Shown: positions 30,288-40,215 of the stretch, one piece after another | How positions within the stretch are numbered: the stretch's first letter is position 1 | Layout of the letters: every line of letters starts with the position of its first letter | Source: Pseudothermotoga sp. | GTDB lineage: Bacteria; Thermotogota; Thermotogae; Thermotogales; DSM-5069 | Assembly (NCBI GenBank): GCA_037478695.1 | Contig: JBBFME010000001.1 | Coordinates: 1-56,522 of the forward strand | DNA: 56,522 nt | Reading direction: 5' to 3' | Program-made: the position numbers and the translations under genes | Notes under the pieces: generated by a model | The model's database searches: none | Seen by the model: only the letters and a program-made list of their open reading frames with translations | What the model was told of the DNA's origin: nothing

Positions 30288-31163
30288 ATGAGAGCGTTCA
30301 CCAACACTGTGAGAAAACTTTTCAGAACTGACGTGAGATTTAGATTTGGTGTGATTGTCCTTGCACTTCTGCTCGTTTTTGTTCTACTATCTCTTTTTTC
30401 GCCTTATGATCCACGTTCAAGTTATTATGCACCTATAAGCCGTCCACCTTCCTTGAAACATATATTCGGAACCAACGGTAGAGGACAAGATCTTTTCTGG
30501 TTGCTGACGTTCGCTTTGAAGAATTCACTGATATTTGGGTTGGAAGTTGCCCTTCTGTCGCGTATTATAGCGATAATCATTGGTGTTATCGCTGGATATA
30601 GAGGCGGAGCTATAATTGATAGTGTTTTGATGCTTTTTTGTGATACATTCGTTGTGTTGCCGATATTCCCAATACTGGTTTTCTTGCGACTCATTGCACG
30701 CGGTATGACCTTCTCCACCTTGGCAGTTGTTTTGGCACTCTTTGGTTGGCCATGGGATGCAAGGCTTATAAGATCTCAAGTACTCAGTTTAAGGGAACAA
30801 AAGTACACTCTTACAGCTGTGTTCTCTGGCAGAAGTATCTTTGGTTTGATATTTTCTGAATATCTCTTGCATATACTTCCAATTATTCTTGCTACGACTA
30901 TAAACAACATGCTTTGGTCTTTGGGCTTGGAGATAACCCTGTCGATCCTTGGATTAGCACCTTTGGATATCCCAACAATGGGAACCGTGACTTACTGGGC
31001 AATACAGCAACAAGCAATGGTTACCGGTGCATGGTGGTGGATATTCTTCCCAATTGTCTTCATCGTCCTCCTCTTTACCTCTTTGTATCTTCTGTTCACG
31101 AGCATAACGTCTTTCATTAATCCACGATTGAGGAGTATCAACGCGGGGGAGGTCGGCAGATGA
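30288..31163 (+). CDS. Opp/Dpp-family permease (OppC-like)
   Basis: PPSLKHIFGTNGRGQD, ARLIRSQVLSLRE, WWW.FP, NPRLR. Confidence 0.9.
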   Translation: MRAFTNTVRKLFRTDVRFRFGVIVLALLLVFVLLSLFSPYDPRSSYYAPISRPPSLKHIFGTNGRGQDLFWLLTFALKNSLIFGLEVALLSRIIAIIIGVIAGYRGGAIIDSVLMLFCDTFVVLPIFPILVFLRLIARGMTFSTLAVVLALFGWPWDARLIRSQVLSLREQKYTLTAVFSGRSIFGLIFSEYLLHILPIILATTINNMLWSLGLEITLSILGLAPLDIPTMGTVTYWAIQQQAMVTGAWWWIFFPIVFIVLLFTSLYLLFTSITSFINPRLRSINAGEVGR

Positions 31164-32128
31164 GTCTCGTACAAGTTAATGACCTCAAGGCATATTACAC
31201 TATCGAGCAGAACGGAACGCTCAGAACCGTCAAGGCCGTGGATGATGTGTCTCTGTCGATAGAGAAGAATGACTTTTTGGCTATAGTAGGTGAATCTGGC
31301 TGCGGTAAAACAACCTTAGCCAAGGTTCTATACGGTGCTTTAGACTCGACGTTGAAGATCATTAGTGGGAATGTGCGCCTTATCTTTGAGGATAGCGAAT
31401 ATGAAATCTCCGGCAAAGAGAATAGTCTACCGAAGGCTTGGTGGAAGAAAATTTCGTGTATACCCCAAGGATCACTCAGTGCGTTGAACCCTATAAGGAA
31501 GGTTGAGCAGATCTTTCGCGACTTACTGTCATCTCATGGTTTGCCATTTGATATAAAGGCTGTCGAAAGTCACTTAAGATTGGTCAACCTTTCAGAACAA
31601 GTTCTGAAAATGTACCCGTTTGAACTCTCTGGAGGTATGAAACAAAGAGTTGTAATTGCACTGGCAATCTTTCTGAATCCTAAGTTAGTGATCGCAGATG
31701 AGCCTACATCAGCACTAGATGTTGTTACACAAAGTGATATTCTTGAGCTTCTCAGTTCCCTCCACAAAACACGGGAGATTTCTTTTGTCTTCATCACTCA
31801 TGATATTTCTTTGATACCTGGTTTGGCGAACACCGTAGCCGTAATGTACTGTGGAAACGTAGTGGAATTTGGCTCAGTGGAGGAATTGTTCTCTGATCCT
31901 CTTCATCCATACACTAAATTTCTACTCTCTTCGATTCCAAGAATAGGTGACAAAGCTGAAAAGAAACCAATACCAGGTGCAACTGTTAGTCTGATCAATC
32001 CACCAACTGGTTGCAAATTTCATTCAAGATGCCCACAGAAGAATGAGCTATGTGAGAGTTCTAAGCCGCCGATGATAAAAGTTGGTTCAGGGAGGCATGA
32101 AGTCGCTTGCTGGTTATACAAAACATGA
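31160..32128 (+). CDS. Opp/Dpp-family ABC ATPase (OppD-like)
   Basis: GESGCGKT, YPFELSGGMKQR, IADEPT, HPYT, CKFHSRC. Confidence 0.9.
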   Translation: MSLVQVNDLKAYYTIEQNGTLRTVKAVDDVSLSIEKNDFLAIVGESGCGKTTLAKVLYGALDSTLKIISGNVRLIFEDSEYEISGKENSLPKAWWKKISCIPQGSLSALNPIRKVEQIFRDLLSSHGLPFDIKAVESHLRLVNLSEQVLKMYPFELSGGMKQRVVIALAIFLNPKLVIADEPTSALDVVTQSDILELLSSLHKTREISFVFITHDISLIPGLANTVAVMYCGNVVEFGSVEELFSDPLHPYTKFLLSSIPRIGDKAEKKPIPGATVSLINPPTGCKFHSRCPQKNELCESSKPPMIKVGSGRHEVACWLYKT

Positions 32129-32272
32129 GTGAAAGACAGGCTTCACCGGCTAGGAAAAGATCTTTCGTTCAGCGGTGTATACCAAGAGATTCGAGCGAGA
32201 TCGTCAATGAATCCTCAAACTGGAAAACATTTCGAGGTTCAAAATTGTGTGAAGTACAAGGAGGGAAATCGA

Positions 32273-33757
32273 ATGGATGGCTATGTGAAAGTCTGGAAGA
32301 AAAAGGTTGGGAAAATCGATGAGAAAATCTATGGACATTTTATCGAACATTTAGGTAGATGCATCTACGGAGGTATTTTTGAGCGAAACTCACCTTTATC
32401 AGATCAAAGGGGTTTCAGAAAAGATGTCCTTGCGGCAGTGAAAAAGATCAAATGTCCAATCTTAAGATGGCCCGGTGGGAATTTCGCCTCGGCGTACCAT
32501 TGGGAAGATGGTATAGGTCCTGTTGAGAAAAGACCAAAGCTGCTCAACTACATTTGGGGTGGCATCGAGACAAATGAGTTTGGTACAGACGAGTTTATCG
32601 AATACTGCAGAGAAGTTGGAGCTGAACCTTATCTTGCGGTGAGTTTAGGCACAGGCACCCTCGACGAAGCTGTTCATTGGTTGGAATATTGCAATCTCAA
32701 CACACCCACTAAATACGCATCTCTCAGAAAGCAGTTTGGACACCAACAACCTTACAAGGTCAAATATTGGGGTATTGGAAATGAGGTATATGGTCCTTGG
32801 CAAGTTGGTCACTGCAGTGCAGCTGAGTATGCAGAAAAACTCAGGCAGTTTGCCCAATTCATGAAAGGTATCGACCCTTCGATAAAGATAATCGCCGTGG
32901 GAGCCGATGATCCTGATTGGGATATGACGGTGTTGAAACACGCCGGGAAGGTTATTGATTACATATCGATTCATCAATATCACGGTTCTGAAGACCATTA
33001 CGAGACCATTTCAGCTGCATATTACGTGCGAGAACGGTTGAAATTGCTTGAGAGTGAGATCAAACATCTCAAATTGGATCATGTAAAGATTGCGTTGGAT
33101 GAATGGAATGTGTGGTATCAAGTTATCCCAGAAAAAGAAGCATCAGAGAAGGGTATTGTGCTTTTGGAAGAACCGTACACTTTGAAAGATGCACTCTTTG
33201 CTGCAGGTATTTTCTTCACTTTGCACAGAATGTCTGATACAGTACAGATGGCAAACCTTGCACAGATGGTCAATGCTTTGGGAATGATCAAGACAAACAC
33301 AGAAATTATGGTTCTGTCACCGATCTATCACGTTTTCGACCTCTTTGTAAACCACACAGGGCGAACACGTCTGGGAATAGAGATCAATTCAGATACTTAC
33401 TCCATTAAGGCAAAAAGTTTCTTTGAAGGCAGACTGTCTTTGAAAGTTGAGAATGTACCTTATGTTGATGGTTCAGCAACTTATGATGAAACTCGAGGTT
33501 TGTTGTCCTTAGCACTTGCAAATTATTACAAAGACAGGCAAGCCAAAGTGAAGATCGATCTGTCAGATTTCAGTTTCTCGAAAGATGCAAACGTCATTGA
33601 ACTGAATGCAGATGATGTTCTTGCTGAAAACAACTTCGAGAATCCAGATCGAGTTCAACTCAGAGCTCGAAAAGTCACTTTGTCTTCAGAAATGACAATC
33701 GTTGAGTTGCCAGCACATTCTTTAACAGTTATGGAAATACCTGTTGAAAGATTCTGA
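32273..33757 (+). CDS. abfA: GH51 alpha-L-arabinofuranosidase, cytoplasmic
   Basis: YGHFIEHLGRCIYGG, RWPGGNF, WGIGNEVYG, LDEWNVWY, MANLAQMVN; AAGGAGG RBS before ATG 32273. Confidence 0.92.
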   Translation: MDGYVKVWKKKVGKIDEKIYGHFIEHLGRCIYGGIFERNSPLSDQRGFRKDVLAAVKKIKCPILRWPGGNFASAYHWEDGIGPVEKRPKLLNYIWGGIETNEFGTDEFIEYCREVGAEPYLAVSLGTGTLDEAVHWLEYCNLNTPTKYASLRKQFGHQQPYKVKYWGIGNEVYGPWQVGHCSAAEYAEKLRQFAQFMKGIDPSIKIIAVGADDPDWDMTVLKHAGKVIDYISIHQYHGSEDHYETISAAYYVRERLKLLESEIKHLKLDHVKIALDEWNVWYQVIPEKEASEKGIVLLEEPYTLKDALFAAGIFFTLHRMSDTVQMANLAQMVNALGMIKTNTEIMVLSPIYHVFDLFVNHTGRTRLGIEINSDTYSIKAKSFFEGRLSLKVENVPYVDGSATYDETRGLLSLALANYYKDRQAKVKIDLSDFSFSKDANVIELNADDVLAENNFENPDRVQLRARKVTLSSEMTIVELPAHSLTVMEIPVERF

Positions 33758-33903
33758 TAGTGCTTGTTGAGCCAAATTGAAGTGGGATTGAAAAATCTAT
33801 TTGTGACGAGAGATTGCCAACAGCAGCGCATTGGTATGTTGCGTTTTAGAAGGTGTAGGATTGTCCATAGAGGTTGCCAAATTGAGAGAGGAGGGAACGA
33901 ACA

Positions 33904-35331
33904 ATGAACGTCGATAAGATGGTGATCGGTTTGATTGTTGGTAACAGGGGATTTTTCCCCGGTTCATTAGTCGAAGAGGGACGCAAGCGAGTTCTTTCTG
34001 TTTTTGAAAAAATGGGAATTGAGGTAGTAACACTGTCCCCACAGGACACAAAATATGGAGCAGTAGAAAACATTGAAGATGCAGAAAAATGTGCTCGACT
34101 CTTTAAAGAACATGCTGACAGAATTGCCGGTATAGTCGTTACACTTCCAAACTTCGGTGATGAACGTTCTGCAGCAACGGCGATACGTCTTTCTGGCCTG
34201 AATGTACCAGTCTTGGTTCATGCCTTTTCAGATGATCTGAAGAAACTTGGAATTGAAAGCAGAAGAGATTCGTTCTGCGGAAAGATATCTCTCTGCAACA
34301 ACCTTGTGCAATATGGTATCCCCTTTTCGGATACAACCGAGCATGTAGAAGATCCAGAGAGTGAGGAATTCAAGAAAGATATCGATCATTTCTTGACTGT
34401 TTGCAGAATAGTGAGGGGCCTTAAGAATGTCAAGATCGGAGCTATTGGAGCAAGACCGGCAGCTTTCAACACTGTGCGCTTCAGCGAGAAGATCTTGGAA
34501 AGATATGGAGTGACAGTAGAAACAATAGATCTTTCAGAAATCATTGCGCGTGCATGCAGTTTTGATTCTAAATCTTCTGAACTATCGCAGGAACTTGAAA
34601 AGCTGAAGAGTGCCTTCAAACCACGTGGTATTCCAACTGAAGCACTTGACAAAATGGCTCGTTTGGCTGCTGCTGTCAGAGGATGGATGAAAGAAAACAA
34701 AATCAACGCAATGGCATTTCAGTGTTGGACTGCGTTGGAAGCTCTGTATGGGATAGTACCCTGTGCTGTTATGAGCATCTTCTCTGAATCACTCATTCCA
34801 AGCGCATGTGAAATGGACGTAATGGGTGCACTGTCTATGTACGTTCTGCAGCTTGCATCTAACAGCCCGTCTGCTCTCATGGACTGGAATAACAACTACG
34901 GCGATGATCCAGAAAAAGCCATTATGTTCCACTGTAGCAACTTCCCGAAGTCCTTCTTCGAGAGTTGTCAGATGTCCTATCAAGCTATCATCGCTGGTAC
35001 TGTTGGAAAGGAAAACACCTATGGCACATGTACCGGGAAGATCGCAGCAGGTCCTGCAACTTTCCTGAGGCTTTCTTCTTTTGACAACGAAGGCACCATT
35101 GCCGGTGTGATAGCAGAAGGTGAATTCACAAATGACAGCCTGAAGACCTTTGGAGGTTATGGCGTGGCTCACATACCACAGTTGAGATCTCTGCTCAGAA
35201 TCATAACTCAGTATGGCTTTGAACATCACGTTGCTGTCAGCAAGAGTTTGGTGAAAGATGCAATAATTGAGGCTCTTGAGAAATACAAAGGTTGGGAGAT
35301 CTTCACAGTGAATTCCTGCAATTGTCACTGA
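33904..35331 (+). CDS. L-fucose/L-arabinose isomerase family protein (probable L-arabinose isomerase here)
   Basis: NFGDE, DSFCGK, QCW, ACEMD, FHCSN, GFEHH motifs of the FucI/AraA superfamily; not a canonical AraA sequence. Confidence 0.78.
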   Translation: MNVDKMVIGLIVGNRGFFPGSLVEEGRKRVLSVFEKMGIEVVTLSPQDTKYGAVENIEDAEKCARLFKEHADRIAGIVVTLPNFGDERSAATAIRLSGLNVPVLVHAFSDDLKKLGIESRRDSFCGKISLCNNLVQYGIPFSDTTEHVEDPESEEFKKDIDHFLTVCRIVRGLKNVKIGAIGARPAAFNTVRFSEKILERYGVTVETIDLSEIIARACSFDSKSSELSQELEKLKSAFKPRGIPTEALDKMARLAAAVRGWMKENKINAMAFQCWTALEALYGIVPCAVMSIFSESLIPSACEMDVMGALSMYVLQLASNSPSALMDWNNNYGDDPEKAIMFHCSNFPKSFFESCQMSYQAIIAGTVGKENTYGTCTGKIAAGPATFLRLSSFDNEGTIAGVIAEGEFTNDSLKTFGGYGVAHIPQLRSLLRIITQYGFEHHVAVSKSLVKDAIIEALEKYKGWEIFTVNSCNCH

Positions 35332-35356
35332 TTGAAGATCAAGGGAGGCATAAACG

Positions 35357-36877
35357 ATGTATTTGATAGGCAGTGATATTGGCACTCAGGGAACAAAGAC
35401 TGTGATGGTCGATGAATCTGGCAATGTCATCGCCGAAGCTTCCATGGAGTATGATGTCATCAAACCCAAACCAAATTGGGCTGAGCAATGGCCCGATGTG
35501 TGGGTCAAAGCAGTTTTTCAGACTATAAGAGAAGTAATCGAGAACTCGAAAGTTCAAAAAAATAAGATAGCCGGTGTGGCAATAAGTGGTCTGTTCGGTG
35601 GTGCCGGAGTTCCGGTTGACAGGAATATGCAGCCGTTGTATCCATGTCTGATCTGGATGGATCGCCGTGCTGTGGAAGAGACAGAGTGGGTTAAGAAAAA
35701 CATACCAAAAGAAGAGATCTTCCAAATAACCGGAAATTATGTCGACTCGTACTTTGGTTTCCCAAAGATGATGTGGATAAGAAACAATCAACCACAGGTA
35801 TGGAAGAAGATCTACAAATTCGTCACACCTAAAGACTACGTGATCTACGAAATGACCAAGGAACTTGCGATAGACTACTCTTCTGCAGGCAATATCGGTG
35901 GCTTGTTCGATATTCGCAAACTAAATTGGTCCGATCACATGTGTAAAGTTCTCGGTATACCAATTGATTATCTACCGGAGAGAATTGTGAAATCTTCTGA
36001 TGTAGTTGGCAAGGTGACAAAAGAAGCAGCAGCGTTGTGTGGTTTGCTGGAAGGTACACTCGTTGTTGCGGGGGGTATCGATGCACCGGTTGCACAGTTT
36101 TCAGCGGGCGCACTTGAAGAAGGAGAACACGTTGCGATGGTTGGAACATCGACGTGTTGGGGGACCGTTCACGATGGCAGCAAATTGGCTTTTGGACTGG
36201 TGAGTTATCCTTACGTGGTATACGATACAGAGAGAATCTACACCTTTGGTGGTTCAGCAACAACAGGGGCACTCGCAAGGTGGTTCAAAGAACAATTCGG
36301 AGAATCAGAAACAACAGTGGCTGAGAGAATCGACACATCGCCATACCAACTTTTCGACAAAGAGGCAGCGATGATCCCAGCAGGAAGTGAAGGTATTGTA
36401 GTACTTCCTTACTTTATGGGTGAGAGGTCCCCCATATGGGATCCATTTGCAAAAGGAGTTGTTTTCGGGCTCAGCCTCTATCACAGTCGTGCGCACCTGT
36501 ACAGAGCTCTTATGGAAGGAGCAGCCTATGCTCTAAGACACAACATCGAAGAGGGCCTGAAGGCGGGCTTGAAACTCAACGATGAATGCTGGATCGTCGG
36601 TGGCGTTGCGAAATCAAATCTTTGGGTGAAAATCTTCGCTGATGTCACTGGTTTCAAAATGCGCCAAGTTGCAAGTCTTGTGGAAGCACCCTTTGGAGAT
36701 GCGTTCTTAGCAGGACTCGGCACTGGTGTAATAGACAAACCAGAGAGAATTAAAGGTTGGGTTAAATACAAAGAAGCCATCGAACCGGATTCAAAATCAA
36801 AACAGACATACGATAAATACTACGAGATTTTCCTCGAGCTATACAGAAACACCTCATCACTGATGAAGAAACTCTAA
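35357..36877 (+). CDS. araB: FGGY-family carbohydrate kinase, probable L-ribulokinase
   Basis: GSDIGTQGTK, IWMDRR, GGID, GTS, LPYFMGERSPIWD; arabinose context. Confidence 0.75.
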   Translation: MYLIGSDIGTQGTKTVMVDESGNVIAEASMEYDVIKPKPNWAEQWPDVWVKAVFQTIREVIENSKVQKNKIAGVAISGLFGGAGVPVDRNMQPLYPCLIWMDRRAVEETEWVKKNIPKEEIFQITGNYVDSYFGFPKMMWIRNNQPQVWKKIYKFVTPKDYVIYEMTKELAIDYSSAGNIGGLFDIRKLNWSDHMCKVLGIPIDYLPERIVKSSDVVGKVTKEAAALCGLLEGTLVVAGGIDAPVAQFSAGALEEGEHVAMVGTSTCWGTVHDGSKLAFGLVSYPYVVYDTERIYTFGGSATTGALARWFKEQFGESETTVAERIDTSPYQLFDKEAAMIPAGSEGIVVLPYFMGERSPIWDPFAKGVVFGLSLYHSRAHLYRALMEGAAYALRHNIEEGLKAGLKLNDECWIVGGVAKSNLWVKIFADVTGFKMRQVASLVEAPFGDAFLAGLGTGVIDKPERIKGWVKYKEAIEPDSKSKQTYDKYYEIFLELYRNTSSLMKKL

Positions 36878-36904
36878 AGGTGGGGCAGACGCCCCACCTT
36901 TTTT
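36876..36904. terminator. Bidirectional rho-independent terminator between kinase and gnd
   Basis: AAAGGTGGGGC-agac-GCCCCACCTTT followed by a T run, between convergent genes. Confidence 0.85.
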
Positions 36905-38310
36905 CATTCCAATTCCTGCCATTCAACGTGAAAAGTTCCCTCTTTGTCAATCCTCTCAAACGTGTGAGCACCAAAGAAATCTCTCTGTGCTTGTATGAGA
37001 TTTGCAGGCAACTTTTCTTCCGTCAAGCTGAAGAGATAATCGATGCAACTGTTCAAAACGGGCATCGGCAAAGATGCTTCTCTGGCGATTGAAGTGACCT
37101 TCAAGGCAGAAGAAAGTTTTTCTTTAATAAAATCCATTGCAGCCTTGTTTGCAAGCAAATTGACATTCTGCGGATTTTCTTTCAAAATCTTGCGCAGAAA
37201 GTCTAAGAGCCTTGCCCTTATGATACAGCCACCTTTCCAGATTCTCAAAACCTCTAAGAGATCAATGTCGTATTTGTAAGCCATCGATGCCTCACTGATG
37301 AGCCATAGACCTTGCGAGAAAGAGAGAAAGATGGCAAAGAGCAGTGATCTTTCAAGATCTTGCAAAAGTGATCTGTCAACGTTTACTTTGCGTTTGTCTC
37401 CAAAGATCTTTGACAGTTGTTCTCTCTGTTCTTTGAAATGAGAAATGGTTCTTGCGAAGACAGCAGTACTCAAAGATGGAGTCGGAACACCAAGATCAAG
37501 GGCTGCCTGTGCAGTCCATTTGCCAGTCCCTTTTTGTTCTGCTTTATCGAGTATCAACTCAACCAAAGGTTTGTTCGTTTCTTCGTCTATCTTTCCCATA
37601 ATCTTGTAGGTTATTTCAACGAGGAAGGAGGAAAGTTCACCTCTATTCCATTGCTCAAAAACTTGTCTGATCTCTTCGCTGTTCATTTTCAAGACTTTTC
37701 TCATCACATCATAGATCTCAGAGATTGCTTGCATTATCGAATATTCAATACCGTTGTGTACCATTTTCACGAAATGCCCTGCCGAACGATTACCGACATA
37801 AGTACAACATGGTCCATCTTCTGTTTTCGCAGCGATCTTCAAAAAGATATTTTCAACCAATTTATAGGCTTCCAAAGTTCCACCAGGCATTATCGACGGG
37901 CCGTGCAATGCTCCATACTCGCCACCTGAAACTCCTGTACCAAGGTAAAGAATGCCGTGTTGAGAAAGCTTATCCAATCTTCTGTTGGTATCTGCGTAGT
38001 GAGAATTTCCGGCATCTATTAGGAGATCTCCTTTTTCTAAGAATGGCAAAAGTTCTTCAATCATCTCATCGACAGGAGAGCCTGCCTTAACCATGAGAAT
38101 TATCTTTCTTGGTCTTTCGATGGATCGAGCAAAATCTTGAAGATCATAAGAAGGCAATATCTTTTCACCTTTCACTCTCTCTTCAACGAATTTCTTAGTT
38201 CTCTCTGCCGTCCTGTTGTACACAGCCACGCTGTAACCTTTTCGCGCGATATTCAAAGCCAAATTCTGCCCCATAACGGCAAGTCCGACTACTCCAATCT
38301 GAGCTTTCAT
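36904..38310 (-). CDS. gnd: 6-phosphogluconate dehydrogenase, NADP-dependent, decarboxylating
   Basis: GLAVMGQNLALN, YNRT, VSGGEYGA, KMVHNGIEY, KGTGKWT, QAQRDFFGAH. Confidence 0.96.
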   Translation of the reverse strand: MKAQIGVVGLAVMGQNLALNIARKGYSVAVYNRTAERTKKFVEERVKGEKILPSYDLQDFARSIERPRKIILMVKAGSPVDEMIEELLPFLEKGDLLIDAGNSHYADTNRRLDKLSQHGILYLGTGVSGGEYGALHGPSIMPGGTLEAYKLVENIFLKIAAKTEDGPCCTYVGNRSAGHFVKMVHNGIEYSIMQAISEIYDVMRKVLKMNSEEIRQVFEQWNRGELSSFLVEITYKIMGKIDEETNKPLVELILDKAEQKGTGKWTAQAALDLGVPTPSLSTAVFARTISHFKEQREQLSKIFGDKRKVNVDRSLLQDLERSLLFAIFLSFSQGLWLISEASMAYKYDIDLLEVLRIWKGGCIIRARLLDFLRKILKENPQNVNLLANKAAMDFIKEKLSSALKVTSIAREASLPMPVLNSCIDYLFSLTEEKLPANLIQAQRDFFGAHTFERIDKEGTFHVEWQELE

Positions 38311-38743
38311 GTTCATCGCCTCCATCACTCAGTCTAAGTTATATTTTACAATGAAACAACTGAAAGGCACATTTTCTGCTTAACAACTCAGAGTCAATCT
38401 TGAGTGTTTTCAACACCAGCAAAGGCAGATTCTTCAGAGTCTTTCGTGAAGACATTGGTTTCACAAATCATGAAATTAACGATGCCAAAAGCGAATTTCA
38501 TAACGCTTCAATGAATGAAGATGAAAAGACTACAAAGAACAGAATATCAAACGAAAGTTGCTGTGAAAGATTCAAATAGCATTGAGATGACCAAACTCAG
38601 AACTCGATATGAAGCGTTTATAAATCTTCAGTAGGATGTGTTTCTGCGTTCAATGATTTTCTTGGCCATAGAATCCTAATAAAGGTTCTCTGAGAAAGAT
38701 GAAAACAAAGCACAGTGAAGTTCAACAACTGAAGTAAATCAAA

Positions 38744-38769
38744 CAGAAAGGGGATGAAATCTCATCCCC
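38744..38769 (-). terminator. Terminator of liv-type operon
   Basis: GGGGATGA/TCATCCCC stem, followed on the minus strand by TTTCTGTTT. Confidence 0.65.
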
Positions 38770-38789
38770 ATCGCAAGGTTGAGAAGAGA

Positions 38790-39494
38790 TCACATCCCAA
38801 GGTATGCCTTTTTCACGAGTTCGTTTTCAAGTAACTCTTTTCCAGTGCCCTCTGCAACTATCCTCCCGGTCTGGAGAATATAACCTCTGTCTGCTATTTC
38901 CAAGGCTTCTTGTACCTTTTGTTCAACCATCAATACTGCTACACCTTTTTTGTTTATCTCTTTGAGAACATCTAATACTTTGTCAACTATGAGGGGCATC
39001 AATCCCAAGGACATCTCGTCAACCAAAACAAGTTTTGGTTTTGCCATCAGAGCCCTTCCGATTGCGAGCATTTGTTGTTCTCCACCGGAAAGCGTTTCTG
39101 CTTTCTGGTTCTCCCTTTCTTTTAATCTTGGGAAGAGCTTAAAAACCTCTGCCAAAAGTTTCTGAATTTGTGATTGATCGTCTATCGTATAAGCCCCCAT
39201 CAGCAAATTGTCCCTCACCGACATCTTGCCAAAGACATGTCTGCCTTCGGGAACGTGTGCGATTCCCATTTTGACAATTTCATGAGCCGGGAGTTGATCG
39301 ATCCTTTTGCCCATGAACTCGATCTTTCCGGAGAAAGGTTTCAACAATCCCGATACGGTTTTTAAAATGGTAGACTTACCTGCTCCGTTCGAGCCAACTA
39401 TTGAAACCAGTTCTCCCTCGTTCACGTTGAAAGAAACCTCGAAGATAACTGGTACGCTGTCATATCCCACTGTTAGCTTGTCTACTCTTAGCAT
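38790..39494 (-). CDS. livF: Branched-chain amino acid-type ABC ATPase
   Basis: GSNGAGKST, PEGRHVF, LSGGEQQMLAIGRALM, KAYLG. Confidence 0.9.
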   Translation of the reverse strand: MLRVDKLTVGYDSVPVIFEVSFNVNEGELVSIVGSNGAGKSTILKTVSGLLKPFSGKIEFMGKRIDQLPAHEIVKMGIAHVPEGRHVFGKMSVRDNLLMGAYTIDDQSQIQKLLAEVFKLFPRLKERENQKAETLSGGEQQMLAIGRALMAKPKLVLVDEMSLGLMPLIVDKVLDVLKEINKKGVAVLMVEQKVQEALEIADRGYILQTGRIVAEGTGKELLENELVKKAYLGM

Positions 39495-40215
39495 AGTACC
39501 TCTCCCCTAAGTAAGCCTTTATGACCTCTTCGTTGTTTGTAACTTGCTCTGGAGTCCCTTCGGTGATCTTCTTCCCAGCGTTCAGAACGATAACCCTGTT
39601 TGAGATGGGCATAATAGCTTCCATAACATGTTCGACTATCAAGAGTGTGATACCACTCTTGTTCAGAGCAACACACAGTTCCATTGCTTCCTTAACCTCT
39701 GTTCTGTTCAGGCCTGCCATTGTCTCGTCTAACATGATCATTCTCGGTTTGGTGGCAAGAACCTTTGCGATCTCAAGCCGTTTTTTGTCCGCTATTGTTA
39801 AACTGCCTGCTAGCATATCTCTCTTTTCCCACAAGTGAGTCATCTGCAAAACCTGTTCAGCGATGATTTCAGCTTCTTTTCTGCTGTTTGCATGCAAGAA
39901 AGCTCCTGTCAGTACATTTTCTTTCACCGTCATTTCCTTCAGAGGCTTGACGATCTGAAAAGTTCTGGTCAAACCCATCAAGGTGATCTCGTGTGTTGTT
40001 TTTCCGGTTATCTCTTTTCCATCGAAGAAGACCTTTCCTGAGAAAGGTTTGTAGAATCCACTTATGCAATTGAAAAGCGTTGTCTTACCAGCACCATTAG
40101 GTCCTATTAAGCTGACTATCTCTCCCTCGTTCACGGAAAAGGAAACGCTGTCATTTGCAATGAGACTGCCGAACTTCATAGTCACATTTTGGACTTCAAG
40201 CAGCGGTCTTGACAT
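39460..40215 (-). CDS. livG: Branched-chain amino acid-type ABC ATPase
   Basis: GPNGAGKTTLFN, RTFQ, VEHVM, VIKAYLG. Confidence 0.9.
   Translation of the reverse strand: MSRPLLEVQNVTMKFGSLIANDSVSFSVNEGEIVSLIGPNGAGKTTLFNCISGFYKPFSGKVFFDGKEITGKTTHEITLMGLTRTFQIVKPLKEMTVKENVLTGAFLHANSRKEAEIIAEQVLQMTHLWEKRDMLAGSLTIADKKRLEIAKVLATKPRMIMLDETMAGLNRTEVKEAMELCVALNKSGITLLIVEHVMEAIMPISNRVIVLNAGKKITEGTPEQVTNNEEVIKAYLGERYYAKSRQANSGI

Noticed and set aside
32129-32272. N-terminal extension of abfA in the ORF track
   Set aside because: The strong RBS and the GH51 homology begin at ATG 32273.
38330-38740. ~400-bp gap between gnd and livF with a short open frame
   Set aside because: No RBS, motif or structure found; likely the gnd promoter region.
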